Shown here: one piece after another, positions 35,791 to 49,384 of the stretch | Numbering within the stretch: position 1 is the first letter of the stretch | Layout of the letters: every line of letters begins with the position of its first letter | Made by a program: the position numbers and the translations under genes | Assembly: GCA_002189035.1 (NCBI GenBank) | Contig: NEEC01000023.1 | Coordinates: 496,001 to 560,000, forward strand | Length of the DNA stretch: 64,000 nt | From: Utricularia gibba | Lineage: Eukaryota; Plantae; Magnoliophyta | Direction of reading: 5' to 3' | Notes under the pieces: model-generated | Seen by the model: only the letters and a program-made list of their open reading frames with translations | What the model was told of the DNA's origin: nothing | Databases searched by the model: none

Positions 35791-36706
35791 ATCCCTTTCC
35801 TGAAATCAAAATTGTACCTGCATGCACATAATACAGGCTAATGGTGGTGCACCATTGCATTATACAGATAACTTATATCAAATCATGTTACTTGTCTGAG
35901 TGATGGCAGTGCAGTAACTCCTCGGCATAGGTTAAGAACTCTTCCACTTCAACATCAACATCATGAGGTAATGTTACATTCATGGGAAGGCAAGTTGAGA
36001 TGGTATGATTCTTGGTTGAAAGTGAGCTTGAACTGCAAGGTCTGGTTTCTGTTGTGTTCGTCTTCCTGCAGTTCACATGCAGGTGAATTGAACTGAAACC
36101 GCCTACCAATTTATGTTGAGGGTGAGCTAAAAGCTAAAAACATTAATGACTTGGGGACACGGCTAGGTCCACAGCTACTGTTGATGAAATCAAGCAGCCA
36201 CTCAACCTCGCATGTGGGACGAGGCGTTGGCTTCATCTACTGCTGGGTACCTGCCCTACTTTTGATCTAGATGAAAACAAAAAGGAGAATGTGCGCAATG
36301 GAGGATGAATCTCAAACTCCAAGCATGGCTACGTGCAAGGTAAAAGGACAGCTCTGTGAACGTGTCGCCTAATAACAGGAAAGGAAAGTAGGAGGCGGGT
36401 CAACCCGTCATCCCATAAAAACACAGACTTGGTGAAAAAGAAGTGAGGCTAGCACAAAGTAGAAGACAGGAAAATTGGAGTTCGCAAGCACCTTTCTAAA
36501 TCATTTTCCGAAGCACTAGAAGGAAGGAGGTCCATCCCCGATGCGGCCGGAGTCCTGCGGCGTGCGCTGGGCCGGTATGCAGTTTTTTGAAGTCGGCGGG
36601 AACGGAGTTGAAGGTATTCACCGTCGGTGTCGGTTGCGGAGCGGGTTCGTGGTTGAGAAGCGACGGCGGCGTTGATTCTGGGCTTCTTGTTAGTGTATTT
36701 CCCCAT
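35745..36706 (-). CDS. KRP: ICK/KRP cyclin-dependent kinase inhibitor, 3 exons
   Basis: Exons 36706-36492 (MGKY..RTR..YLQLRSRRLQK), 36065-35892 (..VEVEEFLTYAEE..DK) and 35817-35745 (YNFDFRKGIPMPGGRYEWMEVRP), phase-compatible. The ORF track missed the last exon. Confidence 0.93.
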
Positions 36707-37697
36707 TCGTTTCCGCAAGTAGTGGGGGAATCAGAGAATCCTAGGGAAGGGAAGGGGGTGGTGAAGAAGAAGAGCTGGGAATCGAGGGAAAGCGGGGGGG
36801 AATTTGGGGTTTTCCTTTTTCACTTGCGTCGGCAGCAGCGACCCCGCAGGCGGTGGATCCCTTTTTCCTCTCCCCTCCTGGATATGATTTGTCGGCTCCC
36901 CTCCCCATTTATCCATCTGTAAAAAGCACCCTTCCCTTCCTTGCCGTGCGTGCAGTAAATAATTTTAACTTTTAATACTAATTTAAGAATATTAAATAAT
37001 ATATATATTCATCAGATAAAAACAATCATAAGATTGATCATCAACTTTGATGATAAACAATTATTCTTAAAAAATATTTATTGCAATATCTACTTATTTT
37101 TTAAATCACGCAGTTCAATGTAAATTAATAATAATTATATTTAATATATTATAAATTAAAATATTTTACTAAATTGTATTTGATAGTTATTCATTAATTA
37201 GCATGTGTATATCAACTTTATATAATTTTATTATTCATATACTAATTTTTTTAAGTGTATGAGTGATATACACAAATGAATGAAGAGTTTAATGATATCA
37301 ATATTAACTATATATTCAAATTTACATTTTTGAATATCAAACAGTGATATATATATATATTCAATTATAATGTATTTAATTATACTAATACCCTACTATC
37401 AAACCATTTCTTTGAACTAGTAAACCATGGATATGTTCTTATAATTCAACTATAATTTTGTAAATAATGATCTTTAACATAAAACCACATAAAATGGATT
37501 AAAAGTGGTTGTGTTTTGGATTTAAATATTTATACCGGTCCAAGTCGTCGAAGCGAGTGCAGTGCACACAGAGAGACAGAGAAGAGCATGGGTAAATAAA
37601 TGGTGGGTATACTTCAGCCATCCCATCAACTTCCTTCGTTTTCAGGCAGCGATGCAACAGGGACAAGCTCTTCGAGCTACGCAGCCCAACGGGTTAC

Positions 37698-38756
37698 TCA
37701 GTCACGAACTTCATCGGACCGATTGTGGTTGTGCGAAAACCTCGGCCGCCTTCTCCGGCGATAACCGAGGTCTCTGGGGACGTTGAGGTCTTGCTCATCG
37801 TCCTCTGCACCATCTTCTTCGGCTTCATCGTCTTCTTCCATCACCTCCCCTTCAAGTCCCAACAGACTGCTCTCTCCCCAGAGGTACTGACGGGTGCGCC
37901 TCAATCCAGGAATCGCATTGCGATGCCCCAGGACTCCTCTGGACCTCCCGCCCCTCCTTGGAGCTCCGTCTTCCAAAGAACCGATCATCTGGAACAAGAA
38001 AAGGGTGCTCAGCCATCTCCCACGGTCGGCACGGCTTCCACTTCTAATCCGGTCACTGAAGGGTCTGTCCCCACTGTCAACAGCATAGTCGCCGACTAAA
38101 ATGGCACCAGGCATCGCTGATCGGATTGCGCTGACAATGTCATTCAGCTCTCTCTGGTCCTCCAGGCGATGCCACTCCCTCTGTCTAGATGGATCGACAT
38201 CGGCTGGACGTACCATGGGGTGATCTTTTCTGGCATGCCTCCGCAACTCACCGTAGTTTCCAGTGAAAGAACAGGATTCGTGGGAGCAGCTACGGGGTTT
38301 CAGGTTGAGGTACTTTCTTGTATCTTCCACAACCTTCCAGCCTATTACTGCTCCACGGCATAGAGGGCATTTCAGGGAGGTCATCTGTTCCACTGGCTCC
38401 TCAGCAATATTGGGTTGCCCGGAATTGAGCTGTAATGTTCCTCCTCGTCCTTCAAACTCCAAATTCCTGCTTGTTGAATCAAGAGAATCATGATCATTTC
38501 CTACCATGGAACTACTTACTGCAGACAAGGTCTCTGCAGTCTCTTGCTTTAATTTTTTAAAGCGATCCAAACAATTCGAGTGCCTGTAGCTTGTGTCACA
38601 AATGAACGAGCGGCATCCCATTTCATGAGAGCTGCAAATGATTAGAACAGCATTGTGAGGGTGATCCATGCATATCGGGCACAAAGCTTCATCCCACTCT
38701 TTATGTACGGAAGGCATATCTGCATCATTTGGTAAGCTTCTTTTTCTACTAGCCAT
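37698..38756 (-). CDS. DUF1644 family putative zinc-binding protein, intronless CDS
   Basis: Motifs EWDEALCPICMDHPHNAVLIICSSHEMGCRSFICDTSYRHSNCLDRFKK, LKCPLCRG, PRSCSHESCSFTGNYGELRRHAR, RQREWHRLE. Confidence 0.94.
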   Translation of the reverse strand: MASRKRSLPNDADMPSVHKEWDEALCPICMDHPHNAVLIICSSHEMGCRSFICDTSYRHSNCLDRFKKLKQETAETLSAVSSSMVGNDHDSLDSTSRNLEFEGRGGTLQLNSGQPNIAEEPVEQMTSLKCPLCRGAVIGWKVVEDTRKYLNLKPRSCSHESCSFTGNYGELRRHARKDHPMVRPADVDPSRQREWHRLEDQRELNDIVSAIRSAMPGAILVGDYAVDSGDRPFSDRIRSGSRADRGRWLSTLFLFQMIGSLEDGAPRRGGRSRGVLGHRNAIPGLRRTRQYLWGESSLLGLEGEVMEEDDEAEEDGAEDDEQDLNVPRDLGYRRRRRPRFSHNHNRSDEVRD

Positions 38757-40726
38757 CTACTTGCACTGCGATAAGTTGCTAACAACCAACAGATTAGGAC
38801 AACATTTTTCATTGAAAAAAAAAAACTAGAAATAAGATAACAAATCCAACAGCATATATTCGACACAATACACGAACAAGATAACAATTCCAACAGCTTA
38901 TACAATGATCTGCGCCACAAAAAGTGATACCCAGCTAAAAAAACAACCAGAAGCGGCAACTCTGGAGGGTGAACACCTTCTGCAAGTTCACTTACCAGTA
39001 TAAGGCGTGGCAACCTTTCGTCTTTCTGGTACCTTGAGGAGCTTTACAACGAAGGATTTGAAATCTTAAAATTCTTGAATCAGCTATAATATGATACAGT
39101 ATCTAGTTAAATTCATGCAAAAGATAGCCAGAACTAAGAAAAAAACCGAACCCAGAAAAATCCCAAGCACAAGTAAACGTTCGTATGCTGCGTCAAAGAG
39201 GTATATCAAAAAAGCATATCCCTCGTAAGAAGCGTACCGAAAGAAAAAAACCCGTTTTAAATCGGCACAGATTCTTTTTTTTAAAAAAAAAGAAACTGAA
39301 GAATCAAGAACCAAAAAATTTCCAAGACAATCCTGCACTCTGCTCCTCATATTTATTCGGCTAAACACAACCAGAAGACCGAGTTATCCTAACAAAAAAT
39401 CCGTAAATAACAGGAAGCGCGAGCAAAATCGAGCAAAGAAAGATCTTATTTCAGATCAGTCCAGAGCAAACAAATCGAAAAGTCCGAAGGCGCAAATTTA
39501 CACTTTCGAGAAATCAGAAATCGTTCAGAATTCTCCGACCGATCCAGCTGTTCGATGAGCCAAATTCTTGGGCAAGATTGAGGAGGAAACTTTGACAGAA
39601 ATCGAGTTTCGGTAAATTCAAAACGGAAGAACAGGTTCCGTGACCAGTTTTTAAGGTATTCGTCCTCCACCTGTAACCCAAAAATGGAGGAAACATAGAA
39701 GCGACAATGAATATGCAGATGCGGTCGAGTGGGCCAATGCTAGGCCCAACTATTCGGCGTGAAGCCCATTTACAACGGCCCATAATACATATTTAAATAG
39801 TCCATGAATCTGGCCCATTAAGTTTATGGGCTGACGGGAGGGCACGTCCCAATTTAACGTCCATATCTGCTCCATTCTGTCGGGCCCCACCCCAGCCCGC
39901 AAGAAGTATAGCCGAGTACGGCCCTTGATAGGGATCGCTTCTTTTGTCAGAAAAATTAATTGGTTTTAAGAATCGTTTTTTTCAAATATTTATCCAATTT
40001 TTTTTATATAAAATTGTTTTTGAGAATTGATTCTGATATTCAAATATGCAATTATACCTATATTTTTTTTATAAAAAATTATGATTATTACCCTTCTTTA
40101 AAAAAATTCTTTTGTTTCATTTTTTTATAATAATTATTATAATATAAAATATAACGTATAGAATTTACGTTTCTTTATAATATAAATAATATATAAAATA
40201 TAAATATAAAATAAATGCATCATTTATTTATAAAATTGTTTTATTACTTTTTATACTATAAACAAGAATTAATTCTATAATAATATTTTTCATTCTATTA
40301 AAATTATTTATAAAGACCATTTTCATATTTATTCCTTCTGCCTTAGCGGCCGGTCGGTATCCTTTCGTAGGGGATGGATCGTCGGCCATTAGTAAAAAGA
40401 GGGGCGAAGGACACATATCCGGCCCCCTCCCACCAACTGCCTCTCCATATATTCTGAGGGGGATGGATGAACAAACACACCATTTCATTTCAACAAACAA
40501 TGTCCGATACAGTAGTAGACAAACTCCAGAATCAACATGCTGTTGCATTTTCGGGAGCTTCAGGGGACCAAACACAACAAAATGACATGGGGATGGAAGG
40601 TAGTAGTAATGGTAGGAATCATTCCAAGAGGCACTTTGCACAGATATGCACAAGCTATAAAAGAATGATTAATATCAGGGGCGAGTATACAGGCTTGAGG
40701 GCGTACCATAAAATGAGAGAACCGAA

Positions 40727-43700
40727 TCAGTGATTTGCATCCACATTTCGGGCTTGAGATATCCTGTTCGCATATATTGTCACCAGCCGCAGCTGAGTGC
40801 TGCTAAGGCCCTCCAAGTACGGCAGGAATGCTTTGCCGAGCATGATGTAAATGTCAACCAGGCAGAAGACAACAGTCTGCAACAAAATTGGAAAATATGA
40901 GGGAGGATCGGACGAGTTTGGCAAGCTGATATCAAATGGATCTCATTTCAGGGATTAACTAACTCCATGCACTCCTTTTTCGAAGGAAACCGGTAGAAGA
41001 TTGATTACCTTTCGAACATCTGCACTCTGATTCCCGAAAGCATCAAAAAGTGCAGGCAAAAATGAGGGCAGCTGAGCCATCAGTTCTTCTTGAGAGAGCC
41101 TGCCGACCAACTATATACACAGAGGGAAGGCACATTTTTATCTTCACAAATATTTCCGAGGGAATGAAATGGCTTTCGTTTATTTGACATGCGACATCAT
41201 TAAAAGGATACCTTTGTCAGACAGTTGATGCATGTAACAAGGGTTTTCTCATCTTCAGCCACAAGCAACGGGACAATAACCTAAATCGTTGCATGAGTAA
41301 AATGGTTGGGTGAGATTGAATCAAGAAGAAAAATGAAAACCAAGATTACTGACATCTGGACATGATTACAATTCAACATATTGCTTACACTTAGACATCT
41401 AAATGGGTCGTACAGTGACAAGATTGTAGTTAAGCAATTTCCAGAATCATTTGCAACCTGAATCCCATGGAAGAAATCATTAGAAAGTGAAAATATAGAA
41501 GTATGTCATCGTCATTCAGGAATGGCCACTCACTTTTGGAACACTGTCCTTGGTCACGTGAAGCAACTTCTCAATGACAATTTCGAAAGAATCCTCCATG
41601 AAATTCTTCTGGATAATATCAATCAAGGCACATTACCATCAAGGTAATACTGGCAATAATCTTACTTAAGATAAAATCATAGTTATATATATAAAAAACC
41701 TGATTTTTCAACATTTCCAGGATCAATGTAAGGGCTAGCTCTCGGATTGATGAATCAGTATCATCCAACACCTCCAGTACAGCCGTCAAGATCTGATTAA
41801 AATACTGAAATACACAACACCAGTTATTAACAATGAAAGACACAATGAACACTGTTGGGGATCCCGAAGGAAGAAAAAATCACACAGGTTTTACAGAAAG
41901 AAAAGTCACAAGTATCTTGAACCTTTTTCCAAACAGAGTGATCACCAGATGTAGATACATCAACCAACTTCTGAAGTGCAGTGTATTTGTTCTCCATCGC
42001 ACCTTCATCTTCACCGTTGCATATCTACAAAAAACAAAAAAAAAAAAAAAGAATTCAAAAAGGTGGATATACAACAAATTAGAAGAAAAACGGCAACACT
42101 CCCACCTACCAACCAAAACGAAGGACATTCCTCAAATTAAAAGAAAACGGTGCTCACCAAATGAAGAATCTGGGGAATACTTGACTCTGCTTCTACTGTC
42201 GCATTCAGTTTCAAAGCTGAAAGTTTTGGATAATCCAGAACTAGTTCAGATGAATGCTCCTTTTCATCTCCAAGTTCGACTGACTTCTGTACGTGATCAG
42301 ATCCAACCAACACACTGATATCCAACTTTGGAGTGGATGATGGTTCATTATTTGGCTGGTCTGCTTCCCAAGCTCCATTAGCATTGCCAGTCATGCTATG
42401 TGCATATTTCGCAACATCATAACTGGGCCTGAGAGTATCCAGGCTCAACTGAGGATCCACTACTTGAAGTTGCAGATTCTGCCGACCATCATCAGGTTTC
42501 AATATTCCAACTGAACCATGAAGGGGTGGATCCTGAAGTGAGCTCCACTTTCTGGAACTCTCCACATCAGCACAACCAGATGAATACCTCCCAACTGAAT
42601 GGCTCTTCTTTGAGGAGCCAATGCAGCCATCGTCCGACAGGGTTCCAATTGAATCAGAAGGATCATAGGCAGACTTGCCACGCCTCTTGTTTTGAAGAAA
42701 GTTCATCAAGTCAACCTCAATGCGAGGAGTATACTGCTTGAGGACACGCCTCAATGTGTTCTGTTCTTCAATAGATAAGCTAAGTATGTAATTCAACACA
42801 GCAGCAGAATCAAAACGAGTGTAGACTGATATTATGCATGTCACAGCAGCTTCTTTCAGCTTTATATTTTTATCATGCACAAGTGGGGTTAATTTTGCAA
42901 GCCATAGCTTAAGGATGCCAATATTTGTAGAACCTTCAGAACTTGGTACATGCTTGTTAAAGGATCCAATAGCAAATTCAATCACAGCCAGTTTAGCTTT
43001 TGGAGATCGCTGTTCATCCAGTGATCGCAGCAAAGCTGGCAGAAGAGAGTCTGCTGCATATGTTTTGCCTACAACTTTCAATGTAGTTGAACAAGGCTGC
43101 CTTACTAATTCCTTTGGATCTATTAGTCGAGAAAATACATGAGGGAGGATTCTCTCCATGTAACTTTCAAATGGCTTTCTGCAAGCTGGAATAAGATCCG
43201 AGAGTGTTGACAAGGCTGCCTGAGCAACCTTGTGATGTGGATCATCCAAATGCTGAAAAAATAGCTTCATGACCTTCTCAAAGCTCTGTACTATTTCTTG
43301 AACCCCTCTTGTACCTTGCTGAAGCAATGAATGTATATAGCCAAATACAGCTACACGAGCATTCCAATCTGAACTAGAACTGAGACCCTCATTTAAAGCC
43401 TCATTAAGAGAAGTAGGAGTATATGAATTACTAGATAAATCTCCCAATGGAAGTTGACTTTCATCAAAGCTCCGCCTTCTTCCTGCAGACATTCGTCCTA
43501 CCGCATTTTTTCTCAGAAGAGGGCGCTGAAAATTTGGTACATCCCTAGAGTTCCCATCTTTGAAACTTATGTCCATGATTTGTCTCTCCACGTGAGTGTT
43601 TGTATGTTGCCGCGCTTCCCTAAAATCAGCATTTTCTTCACCTAACCCCCTATCTTGTAATTTTTCAGAAATTCTTTTAGTGGAGAAAGAAGAATGCCCC

Positions 43701-46700
43701 GGCATAAGCTCACTTCCCATATTACTCTGGAAAGGCAGAAGACTGGACTCTCTGGAAGCGTGAATTTGTGCCATTATGTCAGATAGGACTAAGCTTCCAT
43801 TTCGATTATTGTCTTTTGATTTGGAAATACCGGAAACTGAATCCAAAAGAGAACTTGTGATGCTGTTTGAAGCTGGAACTGCAAGGGGAAATGGTGGATC
43901 ACGCGCAGAGGGAGGATCAACCCCTGCACAAAAAAGAAAAAAGAAATATATAACTGCCTTTGGAGTGAGATTCAAAGTATTTAGATTGGCGTGTAAGAAA
44001 GTCCATATCCTCCCAAGTACCTAAATCCAAACTGGAAGAACGATTTTTCTCTGGAATATTTAAGCCTCTAAGCATACTTTCTATGGCTGAAACCTTTTGT
44101 TTGCTAGAGTGAAGAACACTTTCCAAACTGCGGTCTGTATCTTTTGCAGAAGATTTTGCTTGTGCAAGTAGAAGTCCGGAGGTCAGAGATGTTCCTGAAC
44201 TCACACTAGAAGTCTTATCCATTGCTACTATTGCAGAGGTTCCATAACCAGGAATATGAGAATTCAAAGATGGATTTGAGCTTCTTTCACGTATGGAAGG
44301 AGAAGTATGCCTTCTGTGCATTCCTCCGTCTTCATCATTTATTACCTAGAAAAAGAATCTCTCAACCTATTGATCTACCAAGGAGAATTATGCATACAAG
44401 ATCAGAAATATATGGTACCCTCTGAACAACGTGATCAAATGATGAAAACAAACGCCGTGAGCGGTCTGGCCAGGTTTTTGCAAACATCCTATAACAAGTT
44501 CTTGCAGTAGAACGTACCTGTCACGTTCAATCCCAAAATTCAGGGTTCGTGCCATTAGATGATACAGATTCAGGCCCGACATAAATGAGCATAAAATGCA
44601 TGGCCAAAGAGTAGAAACCATACATAATCCAAAAGGATACAAGAGACACACTTAGGAAACAATTCTCATACCTCGCTCATTGCATCTGCCACGCAGCATC
44701 CAATAAGATCTTCGTAAAGGTCAGCTGATCGTTGTATTTCAGGTGCATCAGCCCAATATTCAAGGATTAGAAGTGCATACTCACAACACCTAGAGCATAA
44801 GCATAGGAATGCATAAAGAAATTAAAAAATGAATTTCATGGAGCAACAAAATAATGTTTTACGCATCAAAGAACAATGCAGCTCATGAATGAGAAATAGC
44901 ACCTAGCACGAAGCACTGCATTGCGGTCATTCTTCGCACAATCAACAATCCTAGGAAGTGAGCGGGAAACCTTGCAGTTTCGCAGCATCTAAACGAAGAA
45001 TAAAAAGGAGGAGTTGCATACCGTAGACGAAAAAGCCTCTTGATCAGGATAAAAAAAAATCTTACCGTCTTTATGCAGTTATCTGCAGATTCTGCAATTA
45101 CAAGGACTGTTATCACAACAAGCTTGAAGAGGACCTAAATTGACAGGAAAACCATGTGACTCGATATATAATAATAGCAGGTGATGCACCTACAAAAAAA
45201 GTTCTCACCGGAATAAACATTTCTGCGCATGCCTCAAAGTCCCCCAATAGGTCCTTTGATAAGAAGCACAGCAAATGACATGCCTTGTAGATTGAGTGAA
45301 GAGAATAAGTGAAGATACTTGAATATAAAAGTATGGAAATTTACTTGCCAGATGAGATTTTTTCATGAGATGCATTTTAGCATCCCATATTCACATGAAA
45401 AAGCAGTTGTATTTCTCATTATTCAAACCTGTTTAACAATGCTAGATCGTCGATCAGATAGCTGTGTGCTCAAGGGACCAACAAGCTGCTTTAGGAGTCC
45501 TCTAAAACTGGGGTAATCAGTAGCACCTAGACGATGGTAAAAATTATAAGACATACTTGAGCTGGCACCCAAAAGAATCATTGTACAAGAAACCATTTTT
45601 TATGACTATTCAACAGACCTCCAACAACAAGTCCTTCAACTCTCTGCATGGCTGCAATCCGTATTGACCAATCTTTATCAGGCACAAGGGTGGAAGCAAT
45701 CTTCTCAAACTCTCTCGTAAGCTCTTTCTCTGAGTATACCTTAACTGCTTCAATGGGTTTTTCTGTGATATCTCCCTCTGCTGCTCATAGAAAAAAAGTG
45801 AAGTAAAAATTAAACCTCTAAAAATACAGATATAACACCTAAATAGGCACAACCTCCAAACAATGAAACCTCTCGCGCATTGCTCTTAGACTTCGGGCTA
45901 CTTTTCTTGGGATTCATCAAAGCAGATTTTGCCTCAAAAGATGAATGGCTGCCCAACATTGCACCAGAAGATTGAACTTTTGGCTCGATTTTTTCTAATC
46001 TAGTTTTAATATCTTTCATCTGCAGAGAAAAATAGCCATCCAAATTTATCATGTTCAAAACGCGAAAAAAAAGAATAAGAATACACGAAACCTTCATAAA
46101 TCTAGTTCATTGAATGCGCTATTATTACCAGTGGCATGGCTATACTATGTTGGTTCAGTTCTTCAAGAAACTGAGGACCGGCCTGAGAGAACATCTCCTG
46201 CAGCACAGAAAAACATCAGAGAATGACTGACATTTTGCGGCCAACCAACCAGAAATGCAAAAAAACATCTGATTCTACTATCCAATTTACTAATAATCCA
46301 TTGCCATAATCCTTCACACAATCACATTGTATCTCGTTCCATTTCTTTCTCAGAAGCAAAAAATGCTATCACTCCCGATCCTTTTCAATTCTACTGCTCG
46401 AGCCTTGTGTTGACAATTCAATATCTATCAAGGTTTTGGTTGTATTCAATCACTGTTCCTTTCAATGATGCAGCCCCAGTGTTCCTCTAAAATTCTTCGT
46501 TTTATCTTATCCATGGGGCCAAATTCAATAATTTTGATATACTAACAGCAATCCGGACCCCAAGTGAAGAAAAAAGTAAGACTACTAGTGGCATGTAATG
46601 ATAATTAGAAAGACAATGGTGAATCCCAGAACTAAAGGAAAGTTTATGATGGGTTTATTCTGACCTCAATACAAGAAGTTGCTGCATCCCTCACAGCAGG

Positions 46701-47614
46701 ATTTGGATCGGTTAGCATGTGCAAAATCTGATTCATGATCAAAACACATGAGGCCTTAAACTAGTAGAAACAATCAATATGGCTTGCAAGTTCATCAAAA
46801 GAACAGGAGATCAAAATCCATTTCGAGGAATAAAACTTCAACATACAGGCGGAAGAATGGCTCGTTGAAGGGGTAGTTCTGTAGATGCAAACAAACCAAT
46901 AGCTGATGTAACAGTGCGAGCAAACTCCTCACGGACTCTCCAACTTCTGTGTGCCCAAGCGTATGATCCTGCTCTTTCAACTATTATCGTAGGGGAAGAC
47001 ACCTGCAGCCACAGACGAAGGAAAACTGAACACGTAAGCTTGCATCACATCTAATGGGGTTGAGGCAGCAGATCAACATCTGCCTCCCAAAAACCACCAA
47101 AAGTGTCGGTGGAGAGGAAACTAAAAGACAAAAAAAAAAAGCATACTCTGACCACGAATCCACCCGCACGACGAAATCAAGAACTGAAATTAAAACCCTA
47201 GACTACCGCAATCGGTTCATTCATCGCAACGGTCGATTGAGAGCCATCAAAATTCACATCAACTGAATGCCTAAAACAGTACCTCCATAAGCGTGAGCAA
47301 AAACCTCCTGGCAGCATCCCTAACCGGCTGCTTAGCATCACCCAATCTCTCAACCACCGGGGGACAAGCCCATTCAAGTGAAGCTTAAAATGTTCACCAG
47401 ACAGCACAGCAGCCGAAGCCAGCGCCTGCAGCGCCCCTTGCGACACGCGAAAGTTATTGTCCTTCAGAAGATCCAAACACACATCTACGAGTGCAGTAAC
47501 CTCCGACGTAGACAACGGCTTCCTGGATCCCTCAAGCAGTTCATGGAGGCGTTCAACTCCAGCCATCCGCTCCTTGGTGTCCTTGGCACGCGCGAGCTCC
47601 AGCGCCTCTTCCAT
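40727..47614 (-). CDS. CLASP: CLIP-associated protein CLASP (microtubule regulator), 21 exons traced, one apparent -1 frameshift in exon 1
   Basis: Start MEEALELARAKDTKERMAGVERL. All internal exons read open with GT-AG ends (e.g. VSSPTIIVERAGSYAW, KDWSIRIAAMQRVEG, DRNAVLRARCCEY, DEQRSPKAKLAVIEFA). Last exon TVVFCLVDIYIMLGKAFLPYLEGL. Confidence 0.97.
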
Positions 47615-49384
47615 GGCGGAATGCCGCAGAATCGGATCTGCAGAGAAGTGAGACGTGCTGCGATTTGGTTGGGGATCGAGAATGGGGAAAGGAAAAGGAA
47701 AGCGTTAGGGTGGAACTGGAGGTGGATGAAGGCGTTTAAGTTTGAAGGGACCGGTGAAAACTGCTACATATTTACTGCAGTTAATAATTGTTTTACTCCT
47801 ATTTACCACAACAAATATACTTCCACCAAGCTTTTGTTCCCTTTCTTTTTGTTTTTGTTTTTTTAAGGAGGCCATACAATCAATCACCCATCAACTAATT
47901 ATTTCTGTGTGTGTGTGTTTTAATTTCGAACCGGCCGGTCGGATAATGTTCCATAAAAACCAAACGAAAATCGGTTCGGTTTCCTTTCATAAATCTAGAT
48001 TAAACGTCAAAGAAATAATATTTTTATTTACTAGATTTATTCTTTAATTTCTATGTTCCGAATTTCCATTGAAATCATTAACTAAATGACTACTAATATT
48101 TATCTTAAATTAAAAGTTATATGAATATCATTTGATGTCTCACCCCAATGAAGGATGAAAGGGTATTAAATGAATCGGAAATTGATTATGTACAAAAAAA
48201 AAGAGGATAATATTAAGTATAATGAATATATAAATCTTACATGAAAAGTCATTTAACAAGAACTCCAAATTAAGCATGCTTAAGTTCAAGTAATGTGTGG
48301 ATGAATAATCTTTTGAAAATTAGACCAAATATACGGAAAACATAAAACTATAAAAATTAGATTTTCAAAACATATAATATTATCCAAAATAGATGTAGAT
48401 TTTTACATTTTTATATAATATTTAGCCATCTTCACTTCTATGTTTTTCCAAACAAGATATTATTTTTATTTCAAATAGCAAATTATTGATGGATAATTTT
48501 CAATCAATCATCCATCAACTAACTAATTATTAAGCCTTGTGTTGAATTTGGTTCCATAGATTAGGTACAAATTTGGTGATGTTTACTTGAGACAAGTGGG
48601 GAATAGGTGAGTAGTGTGTTTCAATTTTGTACTAATAATAATAATAATCAAAGTTGAAAAAACAGGATGAAAAAAATACTACAAAACTCTTATTTTTTTA
48701 CACACACGTAGTTCTACAACTAATTTTTGAGAATAGAAATGAGTATTTTGTAAAAGAAAAAAGATATTTCAAATAATTAAAATACAAAAGATATTTTGTA
48801 ATTAATGTTCACTCAAAGCCTAGTAGCTGACTAATATTTAATTCTTGATCATGAGGATTTATTTGTATAAAAATATTTTCTGAAAAATGACTCAAATAAA
48901 ATGAAGATTGAGGGGTTTATTATTTCAAAAATAAAAAATAGTTTCAAATTTTTATTCTTTTTTTAATTTAGAATTCGTTCATTGATAGCAAAATTATATT
49001 TTTTTAAAAGCAGAAAATGTATTAAAAATAAAAAGAAATGATTTTTCATAAATGTGTTGTAAAAAAATTGAAATCAAACATGGCTTGCGAACCAGAGATG
49101 AATCCAGCAGGTTAACCCGTGCTACAGATGTGCCGATAGTGTTCATACTGAAGAGTGAAGAGATGGAGCAACCACCCACTGTATAGTGAGCGCGACTTAG
49201 ATGAATCATCATCTTATCCATATTTGGTGGGCTTTCTTGTCATCAATAATCCAACCGATTCGATCGCAATCCTCTCCCTGTTTTGAGAAAAGTTTTGATT
49301 GTGTGGCAAGTTTCTAGTTAAAGTTACTATTTTGGTGTTTTGCTAGACTAGATCGGTGGTCGATCGAAGAACAGAACGGGGAGA

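Noticed and set aside
30992-47614. WOX9, KRP and CLASP as a functional meristem/cell-cycle gene cluster
   Set aside because: They are interspersed with unrelated genes and show no shared regulatory signature; proximity is explained by inherited synteny and high gene density.
47925-47985. AACCG/CGGTT clusters (also ~1950-1990, 25130-25200, 59560-59635) resembling hAT subterminal repeats
   Set aside because: No TIR pair or 8-bp TSD could be identified; too short to call.
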